From Octopus vulgaris (lineage: Eukaryota), in contig OX597819.1 of NCBI GenBank assembly GCA_951406725.2, forward strand, positions 66,092,001-66,156,000: a DNA stretch of 64,000 nucleotides, written 5' to 3'. Positions 12,781 to 24,649 of the stretch are shown here, piece by piece. Below the pieces are notes generated by a model. That model worked only from the letters and a program-made list of their open reading frames with translations. It made no database searches and was not told the origin of the DNA. The position numbers and the translations under genes were made by a program. Position 1 is the stretch's first letter; every line of letters begins with the position of its first letter.

Positions 12781-14008
12781 ATCTAGTTTCAGCCCACAAG
12801 CTGTGGCCATGCTGGGGCACCGCCATTTGATTTTGCTACATAATTTTACTCCACGATGCTTTTTAGGAATTGACATTTGGTGCATGACGGAGTTTGATGC
12901 CGCTGCTCTCATCAGCACCTCCTGCCACGAAGTTGGGTTATCTGGGACACTTAACAATAAGAGGTCCACCTTTATTTTAAAAACGCCTACATCCACCCTA
13001 TGCAAGTCTCTCCTGTCCCAAAGTTTGGGACGAGTCCTTCCAGGATCTTCCAGCTGTATATTATGGCATATCTTTCTCGCCTACGCTCTAAGGAATACAG
13101 TCTTAATCTCTTCAGTCTTCCCAAGTAGTTTATATGCTGCACAGAGGCTATCTTCTTCGTGTAGCTTCGTTAGATTGCCCCAAGTTCTGAGATTAATTTG
13201 ACACTGGTTGGTGACCATAGCTGAGAGCAATAGTTAAAGTGGCTTAGGACAAGTGTATTCCATCATGGTTTCTTGATCTCTTGTTTTAAATGTTCTAAGA
13301 ATCCATCCGCTCAGCCGCCTGCATGTCATTGCCAATTTAGCAACATGCACAAGGAAGGATGCATCACAATTCATGTAAATACCCAGGTTTCGCACTCACT
13401 ATGCTTCCTTCTGGGATTGCAATTCTTCCAGGTCCAGTTCAATGTATTTAATGGGTATTGCATTTAGTTCTGCATACTGAGAGCACAAGGTTTGAAACTT
13501 TTTAGCATTAAAATGCAGGCTATTCTTTTCAGCCCACTTGTATATTTCATCCAGCTCACATTGCAGGTGCATAGTGTCTTCAGGGTTCTGTATTACCTGT
13601 GAGAATTTTGTATCATCTGCCTAACTTGTGATCGTGACTCTCTGTATGGCTGAGGGCATGTCTGACAGGGCCATTATGAAAAGTAGTGGTCCCAAAACAG
13701 TGCCTTGCGTAACACCGCTCACTATTTGCGTGTCATTGGAGGTGGCCCCATTGAATACTACAACCTGACTTCTATCCTCCAGCGAGTCATGAAGACATTC
13801 TTCCAATTTTCCAACTATGTCGAGATCAGGTAGCTTCTTCCTGGTCGAAAACCATGTTGGGTGTCAGGCAGCAAGTCATTATCTTCAAGGAAGGTGATGA
13901 GTTTTCTTCTGACTATTCGTTCTATGAACTTGCTGATGTGCGACGTCAGAGAGATAGGTCTGTAACTTTTGGCCTCCTCTCTGCTACCGCCTTTATGAAT
14001 AGGGCATA
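12781..14008 (-). pseudogene. CR1-group LINE, decayed RT-to-3' end (second subfamily)
   Basis: [56 protein letters not shown]; 3' terminal GGCGGTGCCCCAGCATGGCC...GCTGAAAC. Confidence 0.92.
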
Positions 14009-14177
14009 TATATGAATATATATATATGTATATATATGTATATATATGTATATATATATATATGCGTGTGTGTGTGTGTAATATATATGAATATATATAT
14101 AATACAGTTTATATATATATATGTATATATATATATATTATATATATATTATATATATATGTATATATATATATATA

Positions 14178-14233
<56 letters not shown>

Positions 14234-14397
14234 ATATATATGATATATGTATTGTATATATATATATAGTATAAATATGATATATATTATATACATATAG
14301 AGTACATATATAAACATATATATAATATATATATATTTATAATATATAAATAATTATTCATATAATATATATATAAATCTATCTATAATATATATAG

Positions 14398-14490
<93 letters not shown>
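14005..14490. repeat. Long imperfect (TA)n tract
   Basis: Direct observation; dozens of similar (TA)n, (CA)n and (CATA)n tracts occur across the window. Confidence 0.95.
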
Positions 14491-14492
<2 letters not shown>

Positions 14493-15052
14493 GCAACAAG
14501 AAATTAAACAGAGATAGAATTGACAATCCAATAATTGCTACGATAAATTAACTAAATAGAAATTTTTTGTTAGGTTTCTTTTCATATTTATTATGGAATT
14601 CTCCTTCTGCTAAAAAAATAAATGAAGAACATATTTTATCAGTTACTTTAAATAAACGTTTTTTTTTTATATCAATAGCTTTAAATAAGTAGAAGAGGTA
14701 TTATATATTAAAAAAATATCAGTACAATTTATATTTTTTTACACGTTTTATTACAGTTACTAGATGAAGTAAGACCCTGGTACTTAAATATATAGATGTA
14801 TATTATTGTTGTACGTTATTATAATAGCGAAAGATTGTGTTCGATCGACATAAACGTGTTTGGTTTAATATTATTTGAGATATATAGAAATATATTTCGA
14901 TAGTTGTAGATTCTACTTACTTAATGATGTTGTCGTTTTTAATTGTATTTGATATGTATCTGAATGGCTAACACTCACACTCATGTTATATAGGCATTTG
15001 AATTAACTTTTTTACAAATTATCCGTCCTTTTATAGGGAATTTCTTCAAACC

Positions 15053-15136
15053 ATGGGCTCTGATGAGGCTTATATAAGGGAATTGAGTTGTTTATACATC
15101 AAAAAATGTATATAAGTCGAAACAAATTGTTGGCTA
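15053..15136 (+). ncRNA. Type-I hammerhead ribozyme motif
   Basis: GGCT-CTGATGA(15060)-GGCTTATATA...TATATAAGTC-GAAA(15119)-CAAATTG-TT-GGCT; 10-bp stem II. Confidence 0.8.
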
Positions 15137-15204
15137 TTTTTGGTTTTTTAATACTTGTTTATGTTATCTTATATCATATTCATAATATATTATGTTATAT
15201 TATA

Positions 15205-15359
15205 TTCTTTTACTCTCTTACTTGTTTCAGTCATTTGACTGCACCGCCTTTAGTTGAGCAAATCGTTGAACAATAGTACTAATTCTATCGGTCTCTTTTG
15301 CCGCTAAGTTACGAGGACGTAAACACAACAGCATGTTGGGGGGGTGGGGTCAAATACAA

Positions 15360-15419
<60 letters not shown>

Positions 15420-15582
15420 GGTAGGCTTCTTTCAGTTTCCGTCTACCAAATCCACTCACAAGGCTTCGGTCGGCCCGAGGCTATAGTAGAAGACACTTGC
15501 CCAAGGTGCCATGCAGTGGGACTGAACCCGGAACCATGTGGCTGGTAAGCAAGCTACTTACCACACAGTCACTCCTACGTCT
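15205..15582 (-). mobile_element. SINE family A copy with internal deletions
   Basis: Collinear with 22497-22919. Confidence 0.9.
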
Positions 15583-15789
15583 ACTATAATATAAATAAAT
15601 TATTGGATTGTCATTTATAACTCTCTATTTCATTAGATGTTTTACACACCCCTTTGAAGGGACATCTTTAGTTTGTTACTTTACATATAATATATAATAT
15701 CATATAATATAATATAATATAATATAACATAACATAATATAATATAATATAATATAATATAACATATGATATAATATATATAAACTTAG

Positions 15790-16570
15790 ATATGTTTCGA
15801 CCAAAGATTGGTCCAGGACATGTCTAACTTAATAGCACCATCTGATAAGATTATCTAAATCCTTTTTAAATCAAACTTTGTGGGTCCATTCGAGTAGGGA
15901 ATTCTTGTTGAGGAAGTTGTATTCGGGTATAGGTAGCTTATTTGGTATTGAAGAAATTTGTCCAAATTCCGTTTCAATATCAGTGGGATCACTAAAGAAA
16001 GTGCAGTATTGTTGCTGCAGCACTTCTGCCATTTCTTAAGCATCGTGTTGGAGAATACCGTTATCATCGATCGATGGACCATTGGGTGAGACAGCGGTCC
16101 TATGCTTATTTGCGTAGGAACAGAACACTTTGGGGTTATGTCTGATCTTTTTGATTATCCACAGTTCCTCTGCATCTCTTTGATTTTAATGGAGGATTTC
16201 TTGTTGGTCTGCAGATGAAGGTTTTCCAACTCCAGCGTTTTCATTGTTGTGGACTATGGATGCTGTATGTGGTAGAATTTTAATTGGTTGATATTTTTTT
16301 TATTAAGTTTTTTCTTCTCTCTAGGGAGCTTGTTTCTGTTTGTGTTAGTGGATTCCGTAGGTGCGTGTCTTCAGCATGTATAGGTGACCTCAAAGTGCTG
16401 TAAAATGGTTTCAATGTCAGTGGAACTGAGAGTGAAGAACCAGTCGATAAAGGATAGATCCTTTCTAATTGTTCCCCAGTCTGCTTTGTGCAAGTTTATG
16501 TGGTCAAATAAGCGCAGTGGAGTAGGATTAGCTGGTTTGGTTTTCATATACCGGAAATTAAATTTGCAGA
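15790..16570 (-). pseudogene. CR1-group LINE ORF2, multiply deleted remnant
   Basis: INLHKADWGTIRKDLSFIDW (post-endonuclease linker), IKKIRHNPKVFCSYANK, and C-terminal KRNLDKFLQ. Confidence 0.7.
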
Positions 16571-16586
16571 GTATCATGTGTGTGTA

Positions 16587-16631
<45 letters not shown>

Positions 16632-16690
16632 ATATATATATAAGATATGTATGATATATATATATATAATATATAATATATATAATATAT

Positions 16691-16772
<82 letters not shown>

Positions 16773-16792
16773 AAAATAGCCGACTTATATAC

Positions 16793-17329
<537 letters not shown>

Positions 17330-17906
17330 TTTATTATTTTATACATATAAGCGACTCCGGCACTCGGGCTGTTCGGGCTTAGCCTGAGTATAAATTTAAT
17401 AAATGGTCGTGTATTTGCAAACTAATTTAATTTCTGCCAACACTGACTTTAAGAATGTAACTGCAGCCAGTAACTCGGGCTCCTTTTAATGAGCCTAGTC
17501 GCAGTTCATTTATTATCGTTCAGCGTTTGGCGGTCATCTCAAAGGTGTCCTGTGTCAAAAAATATAATTCATAGTAGACGTTCTCTCGACGGCGTTCACC
17601 CGCACCTGACTCGGGTTCAGTAGTTACAGCCCGAGTTGTTATCTATAATTGCAAAATTCAAATTCAATATTTTCTTGAAACAATAAATTTCTATAGAGAT
17701 TAGGATTTAAATTCCAATCTATGAAAAGTTTCCGTTCTACCACATTCTAAAAGGAACGAAAAATTATCCAGCAACTCGGGATAATAGGAACGAGCCTCGT
17801 AGGTGTAAAAAACTAACTGGAATCTCTTGTCAATCGTACAGGTGACAGTAAGATCGCTGATATTTGCTGTGGACTTCGCTGTCGTTATTTGTTTGCTGTT
17901 ATTCTG

Positions 17907-18267
17907 CTGTTGAGAGAACGGTCTTCGTCCCTGAGCTCGCAAGATGGGAGAAGTACGAAACGTACTTCGTAAGACCCGCAGAAGAGAAAGCAGGTCAACT
18001 CCCGACACCGAGAGCATCGACGGATGGATGAATGCGCATCCAGGCACAGCGGCTGCGTAGGAAGTCGGGGACAAGAAACAGGAAAAAAGAGTGAGAGAAA
18101 GTTGGGGCGATAAAGTACAACAGGGATCACCACCACCCCCTGCCGGAGCCTCGTGGAGCTTTAGGTGCTTTCGCTCAATAAACACATACAACGTCCGGTC
18201 TGGGAATCGAAACCGCGATCCTCCGACCGCGAGTCCGCTGCCCTAACCACTGGGCCATTGCGCCTCC
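17907..18267 (-). mobile_element. SINE family C (tRNA-derived) with 13-bp TSD
   Basis: Head GGAGGCGCAATGGCCCAGTGGTTAGGGCAGCGGACTCGCGG...GTTTCGATTCC; TSD TGCTGTTATTCTG at 17894-17906 and 18268-18280. Confidence 0.88.
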
Positions 18268-18588
18268 TGCTGTTATTCTGTACGTCTGTGTGTAAAGATC
18301 AGTGTTGTGCTTTGCAGTAGTAGTAGTTGTAGCAGTAGAAATATCTGAGAAAAAAATTATTAATCTTAATTCACATATTCCCTACAATTAGTAATTACGG
18401 GGTTAATCTTTCCTAGTTATGTCCCATTCGCATGCAGTAGAAAGAAGTTGTCTTAGCGAAGGCGGCACCAGACCACTTATCCACGTAACACTGCATCCCA
18501 CCCACGGTGAAGGTTTGGTGGAATAGTTAAACCGCCAGAAAATTCCTTGACAATATTGAATTCAGCAATCTAGATTTTACTTGGGCCC

Positions 18589-18926
18589 TCTTTTACTCTC
18601 TTTACATGTTTCAGTCATTTGACTGCGGCCATGCTGGAGCACCGCCTTTAGTCGAGCATATCAACCCCAGGACTTTTTCTTTATAAGCCTAGTACTTATT
18701 CTATCGGTCTATTTTGCCGAACCGTTAAGTGACGGGGACGTAAACACACCAGCGATGTTGGGGTGACAAAAATGCTGGCCTGGTGGTTAAACTAGAATCC
18801 AATAAAAGCGAGAAGCTGGCAGAATCGTTTGTGCGCCAGGAAAAAATTCCTGAGGGAATTACTCTCGGCTCTTTACATTCTGACACACAAACACACACAC
18901 TCACACACACACGCACACACACAGAC

Positions 18927-19011
<85 letters not shown>

Positions 19012-19172
19012 CAATGCTTCTTTCAGTTTCCGTCTACCAAATCCACTGACAAGGCTTTGGGCGGCCCGAGGCTATAGTAGAAGACACTTGCCTACAGTGC
19101 CACGCAGTGGGACTGAACCCGGAACTATGTGGTTGGTAACCAAGCTACTTACCACACAGCCACTCCTGCACC
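18589..19172 (-). mobile_element. SINE family A, full length with internal insertion
   Basis: TSD TGGGCCC on both sides; extra ~115 bp at 18768-18883. Confidence 0.9.
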
Positions 19173-19321
19173 TGGGCCCATTTATATATATTTTTCAAGA
19201 ACATTAATTTCAAGTCAATTATGGTATTGGTGATATTCAGTCACACTTTCCACCAGAAATTAAGGAACGAAAAAAGAAAAAGAAAAAAATGCTGGCCTGG
19301 TGGCTAAACTAGAATCCTATA

Positions 19322-19530
19322 AAAGCGAGAAGCGGGCAGAATCGTTTGTGCGCCAGGAAAAATTTCCTAGGGGAATTACTCTCGGCTTTTACATTCTGAG
19401 TTCAAAACATGCCATGGTTAATTATTCGTTTCAACCCTCTAGGGGTCAATAAAAGCATTTTTCGTGGTATAGACGGTGTCGACTAAACACTTTTCCTCAA
19501 AATTATTGGTCTTGTGCCAAAATTTGAAGT
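19322..19530 (+). mobile_element. SINE family B, degenerate, running into (TAC)n
   Basis: GGCAGAATCGTT head and GGTCTTGTGCCAAAATTTGAA tail. Confidence 0.65.
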
Positions 19531-19629
<99 letters not shown>

Positions 19630-19910
19630 CACCATCACTACAATCACCACCACTACTACTACCGCCACTACTACTGCTAGCTTCATCATCACCACTGCTG
19701 CTATCATTGCTATTCATGTAGCTGCTGCTACTACAACTACTACCTTACTATCACCATCACCATCACCAAAAAACCACCACCACTACCACTACTACCACTA
19801 CTACCACTGCCCTCAACGTCTCCACCACCACCACCTGCAACTGCTAGCACTACTCCTCCTACTACTACTACTACTACTGCTACTACTACTACTAATGCTG
19901 CTGCTGCATA
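19530..19910. repeat. Compound trinucleotide tract (TAC/CAC/TGC)
   Basis: Direct observation. Confidence 0.95.
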
Positions 19911-20059
19911 TTTGTGATGTTAGTGGGTCCATTGCATTGAGATGAGCCTTGTTTGAGCAGCTGAGCTCTTGCCCAAGAAATGAACCTGCAGCCACATGTG
20001 CGAACTCGTAGTGCGAATCTCTTATTCAGAATGACACATTGTGATTAACTAGAAGTATT

Positions 20060-20216
20060 AGGCGTGGCTGTGATGGTAAGAAGCTTGCTTCCCAACCACA
20101 TGGTTCCGGGTTCATTTTCACTGCATGGCAATTTAGTCAAATCTCTGCTGCTATACTTCGGCCCTACAAAAACTTTGTGAGTGGATTTAGTAGACGGAAA
20201 CTGAAAGAAGCCCGTC

Positions 20217-20255
<39 letters not shown>
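20060..20255 (+). mobile_element. SINE family A, 5' half
   Basis: Head through GAAAGAAGCCCGTCG and the microsatellite. Confidence 0.85.
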
Positions 20256-20265
<10 letters not shown>

Positions 20266-20485
20266 ATAGTTCAGACAAATGCCGCAAGATATTTGTTTTA
20301 TCTAACGCTCTATCTATTCTAAAAATTCACCGTTTAGCATTTAAATCGGCGAAATTAGGCCCATATATACTACCTGTGTTACGTTCAATCTCTCACACCT
20401 ACCCTACAATATCATATTACAAATAAAGCAATTACATCATCAAAATATCGAAGCTACAAAATAATGCCTGATTAATTCCCAACAA

Positions 20486-20763
20486 AAGTGGACGCACATG
20501 GCCTAGTGGTTAGAGTAGCGGACTCGCGGTCGAGGGATCGCAGGTTCGAGTCTCAGACCGGGCGATGGGTGTGTTTATGAGCGAAACACCTAAGCTCCAC
20601 GCGGCTCCGGCAGAAGGTAATGGCGAACCTCTGATGACTCTTTCGCCACGACGTTGTCAATCTTTTCCTCCTGCATCTAGCAGCTCACTTGTGACGGCCC
20701 GGTATCCCATCCAGGTGGGGAACCTATACATCCAATGAAACCGGAAATCAGTTCTTAAGAGCC
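20486..20763 (+). mobile_element. SINE family C copy
   Basis: A box TGGCCTAGTGG, B box GGTTCGAGTC; TSD TCCCAACAA at 20477-20485 and 20764-20772. Confidence 0.85.
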
Positions 20764-20857
20764 TCCCAACAATATGAATAAATAAATATTACATTTGAGA
20801 GAGAAATCTGAACGCTAGAAGGTCAAACGTGGGAGCCTGCGTAAAGTATTAAGTTAT

Positions 20858-21605
20858 CCTTTCTACTAAAGACACAAGACCTGAAATCTGTGGGGATGGG
20901 CCTAGTCAATGACATCGACCCTAGTTTTTTACTGGTACTTAATTCATCGACTCCGAAAGGTTAAGAAGTAAAGTTGACCTCAGTGGAATTTGAACTCAGA
21001 ATGTAGTGGCAGACGAAATACCTATTTCTTTACTACCCACAAGATGCTAAACACAGAGAGGACAAACAAGGACAGACAAACGGATTAAGTCGGTTATATC
21101 GAGCCAAGTGCGTAACTGGTACTTATTTAATCGACCCCCAAAGGTTGAAAGGCAAATTCGACCTAGGCGGAATTTGAACTCAGAACATAAAGGTAGACGA
21201 AATACCTGTTTCTTTACTACCCACAAGGGGACAAACAAGGACAGACAAACGGATAAAGTCGATTACATCGACCCCAGTTGTAACTAGTACTTATTTAATC
21301 GACCCCGAAAGGATGAAAGGCAAAGTCGACCTCGGCGGAATTTGAACTCAGAACATAACGGCAGAAGAAATACCTATTTCTTTATTACCCACAAGGGGCT
21401 GAACACAGAGGGGACAAATAATGACAGACAAACGGATTAAGTCGATTATATCGACTCCAGTGCGTAACTGGTACTTATTTAATCGACCTCGAAAGGATGA
21501 AAGGCAAAGTCGACATCGGCGGAATTTGACCTCAGAACGTAGCTGCAGACGAAATACCGCTAAGCATTTTGCCAAGCCTGCTAACGTTTCTGCCTGCTTG
21601 CTGTC
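20858..21605 (-). mobile_element. Tandem array of four SINE family B units (~170-185 bp)
   Basis: Repeated ACTGGTACTTATTTAATCGACCCCGAAAGGATGAAAGGCAAAGTCGACCTCGGCGGAATTTGAACTCAGAAC; only the last unit has the head. Confidence 0.9.
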
Positions 21606-22496
21606 ATCGTAAAGTATTAGATTATTAAGTTTCATCTCCGCTCCACAAATAGTTACACCCACGAACTAATTCATAGTTTGTATAACTTTCTTTTTACTAT
21701 CTTCACAAAAGTTCGTTTGAAGAGGATGTGAAAGTATCGTGTACAAGAAAACAACGCATTCACATACTATAGATTTGAAACCGTGATCTTACGATTGATT
21801 CTACGGCACATTGTTCGCTCGGCCAGAGAAGCTGTCATCATCAACAGAGCTGTTTCCAATTGAAAGATGGATTTAGCTTTTATCCGCTTAACGACACGGA
21901 CACCGAATTTTTAGCACCTGACTAAAGGAGCTTAGTGTTTGGAAAAGATTAGTTCAGTCATATCTTTTAATCATTTAATGATTGATGATTCTATGAGGGA
22001 AAATTTTACATGGTTACTTGGTGCTCTAGAAATAGCAGCTAAATCCATCTCCTACCATATCTGATCGCCTTAAATAAATTGTGTCTCTATAACACACGAT
22101 ATGATTTGGCTATACACGTGCAACATAAGCACTAACCAGCCTTGTGATAAACAACAGTTAGAAGGACATGAATGAAAGAATCTGTCACAAGACAAGTATT
22201 TATTTTTGACCTGTTGCTCTAGTATTAAACTAGATGTGAGACTTAATCTCCACGGATAGGACGCATATGTATGTCAGGCAGCTCTCCACATGTTAAAGCT
22301 GTTCATTCAACACATTGAAGTGAAGTCGGGTATCAGGTATTCAAAACGGGTTCCCGCTAATACGATGAAATTTGATACAAATAACGAACTCCTGGCTATT
22401 AAACTTTTAAGTTTAAATGCTTAATTGTTTTCAACCATTCTACGTCGTTTACATATGTCAAAGTCTAGTAAGTTATTAAAATGTTTTCATTTCTAT

Positions 22497-22919
22497 ACTC
22501 TCTTTACTCTTTACTCTTTACTTGTTTCAGTCATTTGACTGCGGCCATGCTGGAGCACCGCCTTTAATCGAGCAACTCGACCACGGGATTTATTCTTTGT
22601 AAGCCCAGTACTTATTCTATCGGTCTCTTTTGCCGAACCGCTAAGTGACGGGGACATAAACACACCAGCATCGGTTGTCAAGCAATGCTAGGGGGACAAA
22701 CACAGACACACAAACATACATGCACACACATACACATATATATATATATATATATGACGGGCTTCTTTCAGTTTCCGTCTACCAAATCCACTCACAAGGC
22801 TTTGGTCGGCCCGAGGCTATAAGTAGAAGACACTTGCCCAAGGTGCCATGCAGTGGGACTGAAACCGGAACCATGTGGTTGGTAAACAAGCTACTTACCA
22901 CACTGCCACTCCTACACCT
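22497..22919 (-). mobile_element. SINE family A, full length (reference copy)
   Basis: tRNA-like head, CCTTGGGCAAG motif (as at the start of CORE/V-type SINE domains), internal microsatellite, LINE-like tail with (GAGTAAA)n repeats. Confidence 0.93.
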
Positions 22920-23315
22920 ATACATAGTATTTTACACAACCTTGCACTTTGTTCGTGTTATTCTTAATACGTGAAGCTCATTAATGAGCAAACTAACTCA
23001 CCACCCATGCTCATTAGTCTCGCGCTCACGGAAAAGTGATTGCATGCTAATTTCTCAATTTGCCAAAAAAAAAAAAATGCTAGAAAAATTCATTTTTATT
23101 GACGAATGAGGAACAGCGTAATAAATACGTTGTAAGCGTATGGGGTTTATTTATAGTGGATTTCTTTCTTGTGACACAGGTTTTGCGTAACAGCGATCAT
23201 CAGGTGAGAAGTGTTGTTTGAAATTATGAGTATTAGCATTTCACCTCTTAGGATCCTAATAAAAAGAAAACCACGAATTGCGAAAAAGTAATTCAGTTTA
23301 AATTAAGAGTACATA

Positions 23316-23366
<51 letters not shown>

Positions 23367-23519
23367 TGGTAGTTTTTTGAGACTATTCTAATTCTTCTAG
23401 TCGTAACAAAGCCAGACACTACTAAAGTGACAAAACCTCTCTCTCTCTCCGAGTGAAGATAGTTCCAGAGATTTGTGTTTTTTAGTGTAAGTCCACATTG
23501 TGCTTGTATGTTTGTGCAC

Positions 23520-23572
<53 letters not shown>

Positions 23573-23699
23573 CTATTAGTATCGTTATGCCTAAGCGAAA
23601 TAGGATATATATATATATAGGTGATAAATAAAAATATATGCATACATACAAACATATATGTACGTACTTACATCTACATGTATATAAACATGCATATAT

Positions 23700-24500
23700 A
23701 AATAATTATACATGAGTACAGGACATCACAATAAGACGTAGAAACGGAAAAAACCAAAAAACAAAAAACAAGAAAACGAAAAACAATTACAGGACGAGCT
23801 ACACAAGGACAAAACCCCCGTCATCAGCTGTCGCTAGTGGAGTCAGGCATGTTTCGAAGGCATAGACAGAACACTAATCCAATAGGCCTTCCTGCGAGAG
23901 AATTAAAATAAAATTCCAAGCAGCGGGGCAAAATGAGTACGAACACAAACAAGACGTAACAATAAGACTGCAAAATTAAAATACATGTACAACAAATATA
24001 ATTAATTACAAAACGAGAAAATAAAAAGAGAAATACGATACAGGAAATCAAACACACGAGAGGACGAACGAAAAAGCCTTTTTTTGGCATAGACAAACAA
24101 TAAAACTGCAAAAATAAAAATACATGTACAAAAAATACAATTAGTTACAAAACGAGAAAATAAAAAGAATACGATACAGGAAATCAACCACACAAGGGGA
24201 CGAACGAAAAAGCCTTTATGCTGGCGAAGACGAATGGTAAAGTATCAGCGCGTGGAGGCAGTCTTTTCAATAGTGAGAACCACGTGTAAAGGAATTTTGT
24301 TTTATAAGCTGGCAGTAAAGGAGAAGGAAGGAGGAGAGGGACACGCGGCGAAGAGAGGGGAGGAGTGGGAGGGAGAGAGAATGAAGAGGTTAAAGCAAAG
24401 GGAGAGAGTTCCGCATCTTAAATATAATAATATAAAAAAGGAACAAAGAAGTGGACCGAAACGACGAATCGGAACGAACCTGATGCGGGGCGCTGTCAGA
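23700..24500. mobile_element. Probable Penelope-like terminal repeat with internal ~138-bp tandem duplication
   Basis: Duplication 23958-24083 / 24096-24217; CTGATG and CGAAAC motifs near both ends; bounded by (TA)n. Confidence 0.45.
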
Positions 24501-24544
24501 CAATATATATATATATATATATATATATACCTATATATACATAC

Positions 24545-24579
<35 letters not shown>

Positions 24580-24595
24580 AAGCATATATATATAA

Positions 24596-24647
<52 letters not shown>

Positions 24648-24649
24648 TA

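Noticed and set aside
18195-18267. tRNA gene (also 20490, 48690 and 50944)
   Set aside because: No closing acceptor stem or terminator; each continues into a SINE body, and two have TSDs.
20631-20637. CTGATGA as a hammerhead core
   Set aside because: Inside SINE C, with no stem II or GAAA following.
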